From positions 1 to 11,369 of the forward strand of contig JAZDLX010000135.1 of the NCBI GenBank assembly GCA_043801585.1: DNA of 11,369 nt, read 5' to 3'. The stretch's first letter is position 1. Every line of letters begins with the position of its first letter. A model generated the notes under the pieces. It was given only the letters and a program-made list of their open reading frames with translations. It searched no databases and was not told the DNA's origin. Positions 1-7,493 of this stretch are shown here, one piece after another. The DNA comes from a bacterium (GTDB lineage Bacteria > Electryoneota > Electryoneia > Electryoneales > Electryoneaceae). Position numbers and translations under genes: made by a program.

Positions 1-129
1 CCCGGCGACAAGCTGAACATGGTGGTAGAGCTGATCAGCCCGATCGCGATGGACGAGTCTCTTCGCTTCGCGATCCGCGAGGGTGGCCGCACCGTCGGCG
101 CCGGCGTCGTCAGCAAGATCATCGAGTAG
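1..129 (+). CDS. tuf: Elongation factor Tu, C-terminal fragment (5' truncated by window edge)
   Basis: Frame 1 reads [42 protein letters not shown] (TAG 127-129); [13 protein letters not shown] is the EF-Tu C-terminal signature; lies directly upstream of rpsJ. Confidence 0.97.
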   Translation, partial: PGDKLNMVVELISPIAMDESLRFAIREGGRTVGAGVVSKIIE

Positions 130-184
130 TTGATGATGTGAAGATTACCCGGTGTAGCGGGCAGGGTAAGCCGCGTATCATCGG
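130..184 (+). promoter_or_regulatory. Long RNA hairpin in tuf-rpsJ spacer (candidate S10-cluster leader)
   Basis: TTGATGATGTG(130-140)/CGTATCATCGG(174-184) gives 11 pairs including G-U; inner TTACCC(145-150)/GGGTAA(164-169); no U-tract. Confidence 0.55.
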
Positions 185-216
185 GATGGATAAAAGTAGA
201 GTTACCGGAGGTCCAC

Positions 217-525
217 GTGGCCGGGCAGAATATCCGGATACGCTTGAAAGCGTATGACCACAACCTGCTGGACAAATCGACCCAGAAGATCATCCAGACG
301 GCCCGCAGCACGGGCGCGGTGATCAGCGGGCCGATCCCGCTGCCGACGCGGCGTTCGTTCTACACCGTATTGCGCGGGCCGCATGTTGACAAGAAGTCCC
401 GTGAGCAGTTCGAGACTCGGGTGCATAAACGCCTCATCGACATCCTTAATTCGACGTCGAAGACGATTGACGCCCTGATGAAGCTCGAATTGCCCGCCGG
501 CGTGGATATTGAGATCAAGACCTGA
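217..525 (+). CDS. rpsJ: 30S ribosomal protein S10 (uS10)
   Basis: [10 protein letters not shown]...GPIPLPT...[11 protein letters not shown]...HKRLIDI motifs; GTG start, SD GGAGGT at 207-212. Confidence 0.99.
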   Translation: MAGQNIRIRLKAYDHNLLDKSTQKIIQTARSTGAVISGPIPLPTRRSFYTVLRGPHVDKKSREQFETRVHKRLIDILNSTSKTIDALMKLELPAGVDIEIKT

Positions 526-538
526 AAGGGACCTGACG

Positions 539-1159
539 ATGTCGGATGGACTGTTGGGTCGCAAGATCGGGATGACCAGCGTTTACCGCGAGGGATTGCA
601 GATTCCCGTGACGGTGATCGAGGTCGAACCGAATCCAGTGGTACAGGTGAAATCGGCGGAAGGGTCGGATGGTTACGACGCCCTTCAGCTTGCCTACGGT
701 GCGAAGTCGCAGCGGCAGGTGAACAAGCCGACATCCGGCCACTATAAACGCGCGAATGTCAATCCCCGCCGTGTTCTGCATGAATTCCGCGGAATGACCG
801 GACGTGAGACGGGCAAAGAAATCCGCGTTGAGGAAATTTTCGCAGAAGGCGACCTGCTCAGCGTGCGTGGCACCAGCAAGGGTCGTGGGTTCGCGGGTGT
901 GATAAAGCGCCACAAATTCCACGGCCACAAGGGATCGCACGGTACGCATGAATCGTTTCGTGGTCCCGGTTCGATTGGTTCGAACACGTCGCCCGGCCGT
1001 GTCTGGCCCGGACAGCGGATGCCCGGTCAGTACGGGAATGCGACGGTATCGGTAAAGAACCTTGAAGTGATTGAAGTGGTTGCTGACAAGAATCTGCTGC
1101 TCGTCAAGGGTGCGGTTCCAGGCGCCCGGAATTCGATTGTCGAGCTGCACAAGATTTAA
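539..1159 (+). CDS. rplC: 50S ribosomal protein L3 (uL3)
   Basis: [33 protein letters not shown] motifs; start moved from 509 to ATG 539 (AAAGGGA upstream, no overlap with rpsJ). Confidence 0.98.
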   Translation: MSDGLLGRKIGMTSVYREGLQIPVTVIEVEPNPVVQVKSAEGSDGYDALQLAYGAKSQRQVNKPTSGHYKRANVNPRRVLHEFRGMTGRETGKEIRVEEIFAEGDLLSVRGTSKGRGFAGVIKRHKFHGHKGSHGTHESFRGPGSIGSNTSPGRVWPGQRMPGQYGNATVSVKNLEVIEVVADKNLLLVKGAVPGARNSIVELHKI

Positions 1160-1167
1160 GGTGAACG

Positions 1168-1821
1168 ATGAAGCTGCCTGTATACAGCCGTGAGGGCAAG
1201 CCGACGGGCTCCGAAGTGGAACTGGATTCCACGGTTTTCGGCATCGAGCCCAACGAGCACGTCATGTGGCTGGCGGTGAAAGTGCAGCGTGCCCGCATGC
1301 GTCAGGGTACCCATGCCTCGAAAACCCGTGCGATGGTTGCGGGTGGAGGCAAGAAGCCCTGGCGTCAGAAAGGCCGTGGAACCGCGCGTGCGGGTTCGAC
1401 CCGCAGCCCGATCTGGCGTCACGGTGGCACCACTTTCGGCCCGCAGCCGCATCCACACTCGATGCGTATGCCGCTGAAGATGAACCGTCTGGCACGCCGG
1501 AGCGCAATGTCGACACGGGCTGCCGAAGAGGCGGTGCGGATCGTCGAGGATTTCGGCTTTGACAGCCCGAAGACGAAGGATATCGCCGCTTTCTTGAAGT
1601 CTCTTGAGCTTCTGGGTCAGAGGGTGCTGATCCTGACGAAAGAGTACGACGCCAACCTTGTGAAGAGCGTCCGCAACCTTGAGGGTTGCGCGGTCCAGGT
1701 GGGTGTGGAAGCGTCGACCTATGATATGTTGAACAGTCGGGTGCTCGTGATCCAGCAGGGCGCCCTGAACGCCATCTCCGAGGTGTTAGGTGGAAAGCGC
1801 GCATCTGAGAAAGCTGCTTAA
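1168..1821 (+). CDS. rplD: 50S ribosomal protein L4 (uL4)
   Basis: RQGTHASKTR, KKPWRQKGRGTARAGS, PIWRHGGTTFGPQP motifs; synteny. Confidence 0.98.
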   Translation: MKLPVYSREGKPTGSEVELDSTVFGIEPNEHVMWLAVKVQRARMRQGTHASKTRAMVAGGGKKPWRQKGRGTARAGSTRSPIWRHGGTTFGPQPHPHSMRMPLKMNRLARRSAMSTRAAEEAVRIVEDFGFDSPKTKDIAAFLKSLELLGQRVLILTKEYDANLVKSVRNLEGCAVQVGVEASTYDMLNSRVLVIQQGALNAISEVLGGKRASEKAA

Positions 1822-2086
1822 GCGGCCGCTGATGACCGAAAAGGCCGTGCGGTTGACCGAGAGGCTGAATACCTACGCCTTCGAGGTGCCGCGCGACGCG
1901 AACAAGGTCGAGATCAAGCGGGCGGTGGAAACGATCTTCGAAGTGAAGGTCGAGAGTATCCGGACAACGAGCGTCCGTGGCAAGCTCAAACGGATGGGCC
2001 GGTACGCCGGCTACCGCGCCGCGCGCAAGAAGGCCTTTGTGACTTTGGCTGAAGGCCAGAAGCTCGAACTGTTCGAAAACGTCTAA
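1790..2086 (+). CDS. rplW: 50S ribosomal protein L23 (uL23)
   Basis: RPLMTEKA, YAFEV..DANKVEIKRAVE, KKAFVTL; GTG start with GAGGTG at 1780-1785; overlaps rplD by 32 nt; start less certain. Confidence 0.95.
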   Translation: MESAHLRKLLKRPLMTEKAVRLTERLNTYAFEVPRDANKVEIKRAVETIFEVKVESIRTTSVRGKLKRMGRYAGYRAARKKAFVTLAEGQKLELFENV

Positions 2087-2153
2087 CGTTCGCCCGTCTC
2101 GCAAACCGCGAAACGGCGGACGGCGATGTCCATGACACCCCCGCGAGGGAACC

Positions 2154-2984
2154 ATGTTGAAGAAATACAATCCGGTAACTCCGGGACAACGTTTCCGCAC
2201 AAACCTTGACAAGTCGGAACTGAGCAAGGTCGATCCGGAAAAAAGCCTTCTTGAGTCACTGCCAAAGTCCGGTGGTCGGAACAACTATGGCCGCGTTACA
2301 GCCTGGCAGCGAGGGGGCGGTCACAAGCGAAAGTATCGCCGTATCGACTTCCGCCGTGACAAGCACAATGTCCCGGCCCAGGTTGCTACGATCGAGTACG
2401 ATCCAAACCGCAGCGCTAACATCGCACTGCTCGTCTATGCGGATGGTGAAAAACGGTACATCCTCTCGCCCAAGGGCCTCAAGGTTGGCGATACGCTGGC
2501 CAGCGGCAGGGGATTGGTGGAGATTCGTGCCGGAAATGCGATGCCCCTCGAGTTCATTCCGCTGGGCACAGAAGTGCACAACGTTGAAATGCAGCCGGGG
2601 CGTGGCGGCCAGTTGGCCCGCAGCGCGGGCGCAAGCGTCCGGTTGATGGCCCGTGACGGCGGCATGGCGGTGCTCAAGCTGCCAAGCGGTGAGATGCGCC
2701 AGGTTCCCCAGGGCTGTCTCGCCACGATCGGAACGGTCGGCAACGAACAGCACGAGAACCAGTCCTTTGGAAAAGCCGGCAAGAGTCGTTGGCTGGGTCG
2801 CCGACCGCACGTTCGCGGGGTGGTGATGAATCCGGTGGATCACCCGATGGGTGGTGGTGAGGGCCGCAGCAGTGGTGGACGCCATCCCTGCACACCGTGG
2901 GGCAAGCCGACCAAGGGGTACAAGACCCGGATCGGCGTGAAGAAGTCGGACAAGTACATCATCAAGCGTCGCAACCAGAAGTAA
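2154..2984 (+). CDS. rplB: 50S ribosomal protein L2 (uL2)
   Basis: [39 protein letters not shown] motifs. Confidence 0.99.
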   Translation: MLKKYNPVTPGQRFRTNLDKSELSKVDPEKSLLESLPKSGGRNNYGRVTAWQRGGGHKRKYRRIDFRRDKHNVPAQVATIEYDPNRSANIALLVYADGEKRYILSPKGLKVGDTLASGRGLVEIRAGNAMPLEFIPLGTEVHNVEMQPGRGGQLARSAGASVRLMARDGGMAVLKLPSGEMRQVPQGCLATIGTVGNEQHENQSFGKAGKSRWLGRRPHVRGVVMNPVDHPMGGGEGRSSGGRHPCTPWGKPTKGYKTRIGVKKSDKYIIKRRNQK

Positions 2985-3003
2985 GTAGCGGATAGAGGAA
3001 GCT

Positions 3004-3294
3004 ATGGCCCGGTCGATTAAAAAGGGACCGTTCATCGACGATCATCTGATAAAGAAGATCCAGACGGCCCAGCAGACAGGGGACAAAAAGGTCATCAAGA
3101 CCTGGTCCCGTCGCAGCACGATCAGCCCGGAGTTCGTCGGATTGACGATAGCGGTGCACAACGGGCACAAGCATATCCCGGTGTTTGTAACGGAAAACAT
3201 GGTGGGTCACAAGTTGGGCGAATTCTCCCCGACCCGCACATTCCGTGGTCACTCCGGTGCGAGGAAAACCGAAAAGGCCGGTAAGGTCAAGTAA
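3004..3294 (+). CDS. rpsS: 30S ribosomal protein S19 (uS19)
   Basis: [31 protein letters not shown] motifs. Confidence 0.99.
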   Translation: MARSIKKGPFIDDHLIKKIQTAQQTGDKKVIKTWSRRSTISPEFVGLTIAVHNGHKHIPVFVTENMVGHKLGEFSPTRTFRGHSGARKTEKAGKVK

Positions 3295-3310
3295 GCGAGG
3301 GCGGATCAGG

Positions 3311-3649
3311 ATGGAAGCGAAAGCGACAGCCCGTTATGTACGGATCGCGCCGCGCAAGGCGAGGCTGGTTGCGGATATGATCCGCGGGATGAAGGCCGGC
3401 CAGGCTCAGGGCGTCTTGACGCACAGCCCGAAGCGGGCCGCCCACCACCTCGAGAAGTTGCTGCGCAGCGCTCTGGCGAACCTGATGGGTCAGGAAGATG
3501 CCAAGAGCGTCAACGTCAACGAGGCGGTGATTGCCGAGGTGAGGGTGGACGAAGGTCCCACGCTGCGCCGTTGGCGGCCACGGGCCATGGGCCGTGCCAC
3601 CCGGATCAACAAACGAACCAGCCACATGACGCTGGTCGTCAAGGCGTAA
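3311..3649 (+). CDS. rplV: 50S ribosomal protein L22 (uL22)
   Basis: [38 protein letters not shown]; start moved from 3245 to ATG 3311. Confidence 0.98.
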   Translation: MEAKATARYVRIAPRKARLVADMIRGMKAGQAQGVLTHSPKRAAHHLEKLLRSALANLMGQEDAKSVNVNEAVIAEVRVDEGPTLRRWRPRAMGRATRINKRTSHMTLVVKA

Positions 3650-3671
3650 TCGCGGATCGAGCGAGGAAATC

Positions 3672-4334
3672 ATGGGTCAGAAGGTTCATCCCATTGGGTT
3701 CCGGCTGAAGGTCAATAAGACGTGGACCTCCAACTGGTTTGATGAAAAAAACACGGCGGCAAAGCTGCAGGAAGACCTGATGCTTCGTCGCTACCTCTCC
3801 AAGCGTTTGCAAAACGCTGGAGTGTCCCGCGTGGAGATCGAGCGGACGCCGAAGCTGGTCACGGTTTCGATCCACACCGCCCGCCCCGGCATTGTAATCG
3901 GGCGCAAGGGCAGCGAAGTCGACAAGCTGAAGGCCGAGCTGGCCCAACTGACCGCCAAGGACGTTCAACTGAACATCTTTGAAATCAAGCGTCCGGAGAT
4001 CGAGGCCGCGTTGGTGGCGGAATCGATTGCCCATCAGCTTCGGGGCCGGGTCAGTTTCCGCCGGGCAATGAAGAAGGCGATTCAGGCGGCGATGCGGATG
4101 GGTGCGGAAGGCATCAAGGTGATGACCTCCGGACGCCTCGGCGGAGCCGAGATGAGCCGTACCGAGATGTACAAAGAGGGTCGTATCCCGTTGCACACCC
4201 TCCGCGCCGACATCGATTACGCGCAGGACGTGGCGAAAACCACTTACGGTACGATCGGCGTCAAGGTGTGGATCTGCAAGGGCGAGATCCTGGGCAAAGG
4301 CCAGATGGGCGGAAATCCCACGAAGGCCAACTGA
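3672..4334 (+). CDS. rpsC: 30S ribosomal protein S3 (uS3)
   Basis: [42 protein letters not shown] motifs. Confidence 0.99.
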   Translation: MGQKVHPIGFRLKVNKTWTSNWFDEKNTAAKLQEDLMLRRYLSKRLQNAGVSRVEIERTPKLVTVSIHTARPGIVIGRKGSEVDKLKAELAQLTAKDVQLNIFEIKRPEIEAALVAESIAHQLRGRVSFRRAMKKAIQAAMRMGAEGIKVMTSGRLGGAEMSRTEMYKEGRIPLHTLRADIDYAQDVAKTTYGTIGVKVWICKGEILGKGQMGGNPTKAN

Positions 4335-4388
4335 CAGTAAACGCGCGCCGGAGCTGGTCCGGCGAGAGGATAGCGCGAGAGTGGAAGC

Positions 4389-4802
4389 ATGCTTGCACCC
4401 AAGCGAGTAAAACACCGTAAGGTCCAGAAAGGCCGGATGAGGGGTCTGGCGTACCGTGGGAACGAGGTTTCCTTCGGTGATTTCGGAATCATGACTCTCG
4501 AACCGGGCAGGATCACGTCACGGCAGATTGAGGCGGCCCGTGTGGCGATGACGCGCCATGTCAAGCGTGGCGGTAAGGTCTGGATTCGGATTTTCCCGGA
4601 CAAGCCGATCACTAAAAAGCCTGCCGAAGTCCGTATGGGAAAGGGAAAGGGCTCGCCTGAGTTCTGGGTCGCCGTTGTGCGGCCGGGACGGGTGATGTTC
4701 GAGCTGGGAGGTGTTGAGCCAGCTCTGGCGAAGGAAGCCCTTGAGCGGGCGATGCACAAGCTGCCCGTCAGGACGAAAATCGTTACGCGTCTGGAAGGAT
4801 AA
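4389..4802 (+). CDS. rplP: 50S ribosomal protein L16 (uL16)
   Basis: [32 protein letters not shown] motifs. Confidence 0.99.
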   Translation: MLAPKRVKHRKVQKGRMRGLAYRGNEVSFGDFGIMTLEPGRITSRQIEAARVAMTRHVKRGGKVWIRIFPDKPITKKPAEVRMGKGKGSPEFWVAVVRPGRVMFELGGVEPALAKEALERAMHKLPVRTKIVTRLEG

Positions 4803-4806
4803 GGTC

Positions 4807-5037
4807 ATGGCCCGGAACATCGAAGAGCTTCGCGGCCTTTCGCTGGACGAGCTGAATGCCCGTCTGGCCGACGCGGAGGAAGAGTTGGCGAACCTGTGCT
4901 TTCAGAATGGCAGTGGCCAGCTTGATAGCCCGATCAAAGTGCGCACGCAACGCAAGGCGGTGGCGCGCATTCAAACCCTGATTCGCGAGCGCGAAACGGC
5001 CGAGAGCACCGCTGCCGCGACGCAGGGCGAGGCGTAA
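4807..5037 (+). CDS. rpmC: 50S ribosomal protein L29 (uL29)
   Basis: ELRGLSLDEL...ELANLCFQ..SGQL...RKAVARIQT; ATG 4807 preferred over 4711; synteny between rplP and rpsQ. Confidence 0.95.
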   Translation: MARNIEELRGLSLDELNARLADAEEELANLCFQNGSGQLDSPIKVRTQRKAVARIQTLIRERETAESTAAATQGEA

Positions 5038-5046
5038 GGAGGATCC

Positions 5047-5304
5047 GTGAGCGAGCGTGGTCACAGGAAGACCGTCACGGGGACGGTGGTTTCTGACAAG
5101 ATGGACAAAACGGTGACAGTGCTGGTACAGCGCCGGCTGCGTCACCCGCTGTACAGGAAATTCGTAACGAAATCCAGGAAGTACCATGCACACGACGAGG
5201 CGAACGAGTGCCACGCCGGGGACATGGTCCGCCTGATGGAGTCGCGCCCGATGTCTCGCTTGAAACGCTGGCGCGTGATAGAAATTGTCAAGAAGGCCGT
5301 GTAA
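5047..5304 (+). CDS. rpsQ: 30S ribosomal protein S17 (uS17)
   Basis: GTVVSDKMDKTVTV, HPLYRK, AHDE, ESRPMSRLKRW; GTG start after AAGGAGG. Confidence 0.98.
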   Translation: MSERGHRKTVTGTVVSDKMDKTVTVLVQRRLRHPLYRKFVTKSRKYHAHDEANECHAGDMVRLMESRPMSRLKRWRVIEIVKKAV

Positions 5305-5330
5305 GGCGGCGTTGACCCCAAGAGGGCATC

Positions 5331-5699
5331 ATGATTCAGACAGAGACCCTGCTCAACGTCGCGGACAACACTGGCGCGAAAAAAGTCAAGTGCTTCCGCA
5401 TTCTCGGCGGCACGCGACACCATTACGCGTCCCTCGGGGATGTGATCGTCGTCAGTGTGAAATCCGCGATCCCGAACAGTGCGGTGAAGAAAGGTTCGGT
5501 GCAGAAAGCGGTGGTCGTACGGACCAAGAAGGCAGTTCGTCGTAAGGACGGCACCTACATCCGGTTCGACGACAACGCAGCAGTGATCCTCGACGAACGC
5601 TTCGAGCCGAAGGGCACACGCATCTTCGGTCCGGTGGCGCGTGAGCTGCGTGAAAAGGAATACATGAAGATTGTCAGCCTTGCTCCGGAGGTTTTGTGA
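5331..5699 (+). CDS. rplN: 50S ribosomal protein L14 (uL14)
   Basis: [46 protein letters not shown]. Confidence 0.99.
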   Translation: MIQTETLLNVADNTGAKKVKCFRILGGTRHHYASLGDVIVVSVKSAIPNSAVKKGSVQKAVVVRTKKAVRRKDGTYIRFDDNAAVILDERFEPKGTRIFGPVARELREKEYMKIVSLAPEVL

Positions 5700-6055
5700 T
5701 CCGGCGAAAGAAAGTGGTGCCGAGACACCAGTTGAAAGTCCGCAAGGGCGACGAGGTCATCGTCGTTGCCGGCAATGATAAAGGCAAGCGCGGCAAGGTG
5801 CTTAAGGTCTTTCCAACGGAAAACCGCGTGATCGTCGAAGGCGTGCGTTTTGTCAAGCGTCACACGAAGCCGAACCAGAAAGTACCCCAGGGCGGCATCG
5901 TCGAGCGTGAAGGCAAGATCCACGTTTCCAATGTGATGGTCATTGACCCCAAGTCGGGCAAACCGACCCGTATCGGCCACCATGCGGTCGAGGCGGATGG
6001 AGGCAAGCAGCGCCGGGTCCGCGTGGCGAAGACCTCCGGCGAAACGCTCGGATAG
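5696..6055 (+). CDS. rplX: 50S ribosomal protein L24 (uL24)
   Basis: KOW motif [36 protein letters not shown] overlap with rplN stop; in-frame GTG at 5714 and 5717 are alternative starts. Confidence 0.97.
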   Translation: MIRRKKVVPRHQLKVRKGDEVIVVAGNDKGKRGKVLKVFPTENRVIVEGVRFVKRHTKPNQKVPQGGIVEREGKIHVSNVMVIDPKSGKPTRIGHHAVEADGGKQRRVRVAKTSGETLG

Positions 6056-6064
6056 AGGTGAGTT

Positions 6065-6739
6065 GTGGCGAAGAACGAGAATAAAGAGGGCAAGGGAGCC
6101 GCTCCGGCAAAGAAGGGAAAGAAGGGCGAAGCCGTCGAGGCCGTCCAGATTCCCTCGGATTACGAACCGCGTCTGATGAAGCAGTACAAGGAACAGATCG
6201 TTCCCGCACTGATGAAACGGTTCGGCCTGAAAAATGTGATGGAAGCGCCGCGCCTGGAGAAGGTTATCCTGAACGTCGGCATGGGCGAGGCGCACCAGGA
6301 CCAGAAACTGCTGGATAGCGTGCTGGACGAGCTGGCGACGATCACCGGCCAGAAACCGGTTGTCACCCGGGCGAAGAAGTCGATCAGCAATTTCAAGTTG
6401 CGTGCCGGAATGCAGGTAGGCGCCCGTGTCACCCTGCGCCGCTGGCAGATGTACGAGTTTGTCGACAAGCTTTTCAACCTGGCCATCCCGCGTGTTCGTG
6501 ACTTCCGCGGATTGCCGGATAAAAGCTTCGATGGGCGCGGTAACTACACGATCGGCATCAAGGAGCAGATCGTGTTCCCCGAGATTGATTACGACAAGGT
6601 CGAAAAGATACACGGAATGGACATTACGTTCGTGACCACGGCTTCCAACGACGAGCAGGCGTATGCACTGCTGACAGAGTTGGGATGTCCGTTCCGCAAG
6701 CGCCAGGGCGCCGCCCAGGCCGCGGCGGTCGGAGAGTAG
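6065..6739 (+). CDS. rplE: 50S ribosomal protein L5 (uL5), with N-terminal extension
   Basis: [47 protein letters not shown] start after GAGGTGA (6055-6061). Confidence 0.98.
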   Translation: MAKNENKEGKGAAPAKKGKKGEAVEAVQIPSDYEPRLMKQYKEQIVPALMKRFGLKNVMEAPRLEKVILNVGMGEAHQDQKLLDSVLDELATITGQKPVVTRAKKSISNFKLRAGMQVGARVTLRRWQMYEFVDKLFNLAIPRVRDFRGLPDKSFDGRGNYTIGIKEQIVFPEIDYDKVEKIHGMDITFVTTASNDEQAYALLTELGCPFRKRQGAAQAAAVGE

Positions 6740-6748
6740 GGAGAAATC

Positions 6749-6934
6749 ATGGCGAAGAAGGCGCTGATCGCGAAAGCGAAGAGAGAGCCGAAGTTCAAGG
6801 TGCGCAAGCACAACCGTTGCAGCCGTTGTGGGCGTCCGCGTGGGTACCTCCGCAAGTACGGTGTCTGCCGCATCTGCTTCCGGGAGCTTTCCCTGCAGGG
6901 GATGATTCCGGGTGTTTCAAAAGCAAGCTGGTAA
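6749..6934 (+). CDS. rpsZ: 30S ribosomal protein S14 type Z (zinc-binding C+ form, 61 aa)
   Basis: [11 protein letters not shown]...CRICFRE has two CxxC motifs; ends PGVSKASW. Confidence 0.97.
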   Translation: MAKKALIAKAKREPKFKVRKHNRCSRCGRPRGYLRKYGVCRICFRELSLQGMIPGVSKASW

Positions 6935-7001
6935 GCAAACGTTCGGTCGATTCGCCGGTGAGCAGCCGAGCATGTGCCCCGGTGCGGCGAACAGCCATAA
7001 G

Positions 7002-7042
7002 GGCGTGGTTGCGTCCTGAAAAGAAAGGATACGAACCGTGTC
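7002..7042 (+). promoter_or_regulatory. Putative S8-binding autoregulatory operator (16S helix 21 mimic) covering the rpsH SD and start codon
   Basis: GGCGTGGTT-G-CGTCCT/AGGA-TA-CGAACCGTGTC hairpin with the GCGUC/GAUACG internal-loop core; includes SD AAAGGA (7024-7029) and GTG (7038-7040). Confidence 0.7.
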
Positions 7043-7439
7043 AAAGCTCCAGGATCCCATCGCGGATTATCTAACCCGGATACGCAACGCCATTATGGCG
7101 CGGCACCCGAAGGTCGATGTCCCCGCGTCGAAGATCAAGCGGGAGATCACGAAGGTCCTTGTGGACGAAGGGTACCTTCGCGACTACATCAACATCGAGG
7201 ATGACAAGCAGGGATTCCTGCGCATCTTCCTCAAGTACGACAAGCACGGCCGCAACGCCATTTCCGGCCTGAAGCGCGTATCGTCACCCGGTATGCGCCA
7301 GTACATCGGCTACCGCGAGGTGCCGCGAGTGCGCAACGGAATGGGGGTCACACTGCTTTCAACGCCGAAAGGCGTAATGACCGGTCATCATGCCAAGACC
7401 GAGAAAATCGGCGGCGAAGTGTTGATGTACATCTGGTAG
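7038..7439 (+). CDS. rpsH: 30S ribosomal protein S8 (uS8)
   Basis: DPIADYLTRIRNA, RVSSPGMRQY, LSTPKGVMT, GGEVL..IW; GTG start. Confidence 0.99.
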   Translation: MSKLQDPIADYLTRIRNAIMARHPKVDVPASKIKREITKVLVDEGYLRDYINIEDDKQGFLRIFLKYDKHGRNAISGLKRVSSPGMRQYIGYREVPRVRNGMGVTLLSTPKGVMTGHHAKTEKIGGEVLMYIW

Positions 7440-7447
7440 GCTGGGAA

Positions 7448-7476
7448 CCCCCGTCCCGAAGCGTCGGGATGGAGGG
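7448..7476 (+). promoter_or_regulatory. Stable GC-rich hairpin in rpsH-rplF spacer
   Basis: CCCCCGTCCCGA-AGCG-TCGGGATGG(A)GGG gives 12 pairs with one bulged A; no U-tract. Confidence 0.5.
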
Positions 7477-7493
7477 AGACCACGGAGGAAAGA

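Noticed and set aside
509..538. Upstream starts given by the ORF track for rplC (509), rplV (3245) and rpmC (4711)
   Set aside because: They overlap the preceding genes and add non-homologous residues; downstream ATGs match the family N-termini.
5305..5330. Separate spc promoter or terminator between rpsQ and rplN
   Set aside because: The spacer is only 26 nt; TTGACC is present but there is no credible -10 and no U-tailed terminator.
6040..6120. E. coli-type S8 operator at the rplX-rplE junction
   Set aside because: No GUC/GAUAC-type core or convincing stem was found here.
5555..6811. 418-aa minus-strand ORF, plus other antisense ORFs such as 1262-2284, 2256-3035, 3639-4415 and 7359-8117
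   Set aside because: They fully overlap conserved ribosomal protein genes on the opposite strand and have no motifs.
6935..7037. tRNA-like cloverleaf in the rpsZ-rpsH spacer
   Set aside because: A multibranch fold is possible, but there is no correctly placed T-loop or D-loop consensus, 7-nt anticodon loop or acceptor end.
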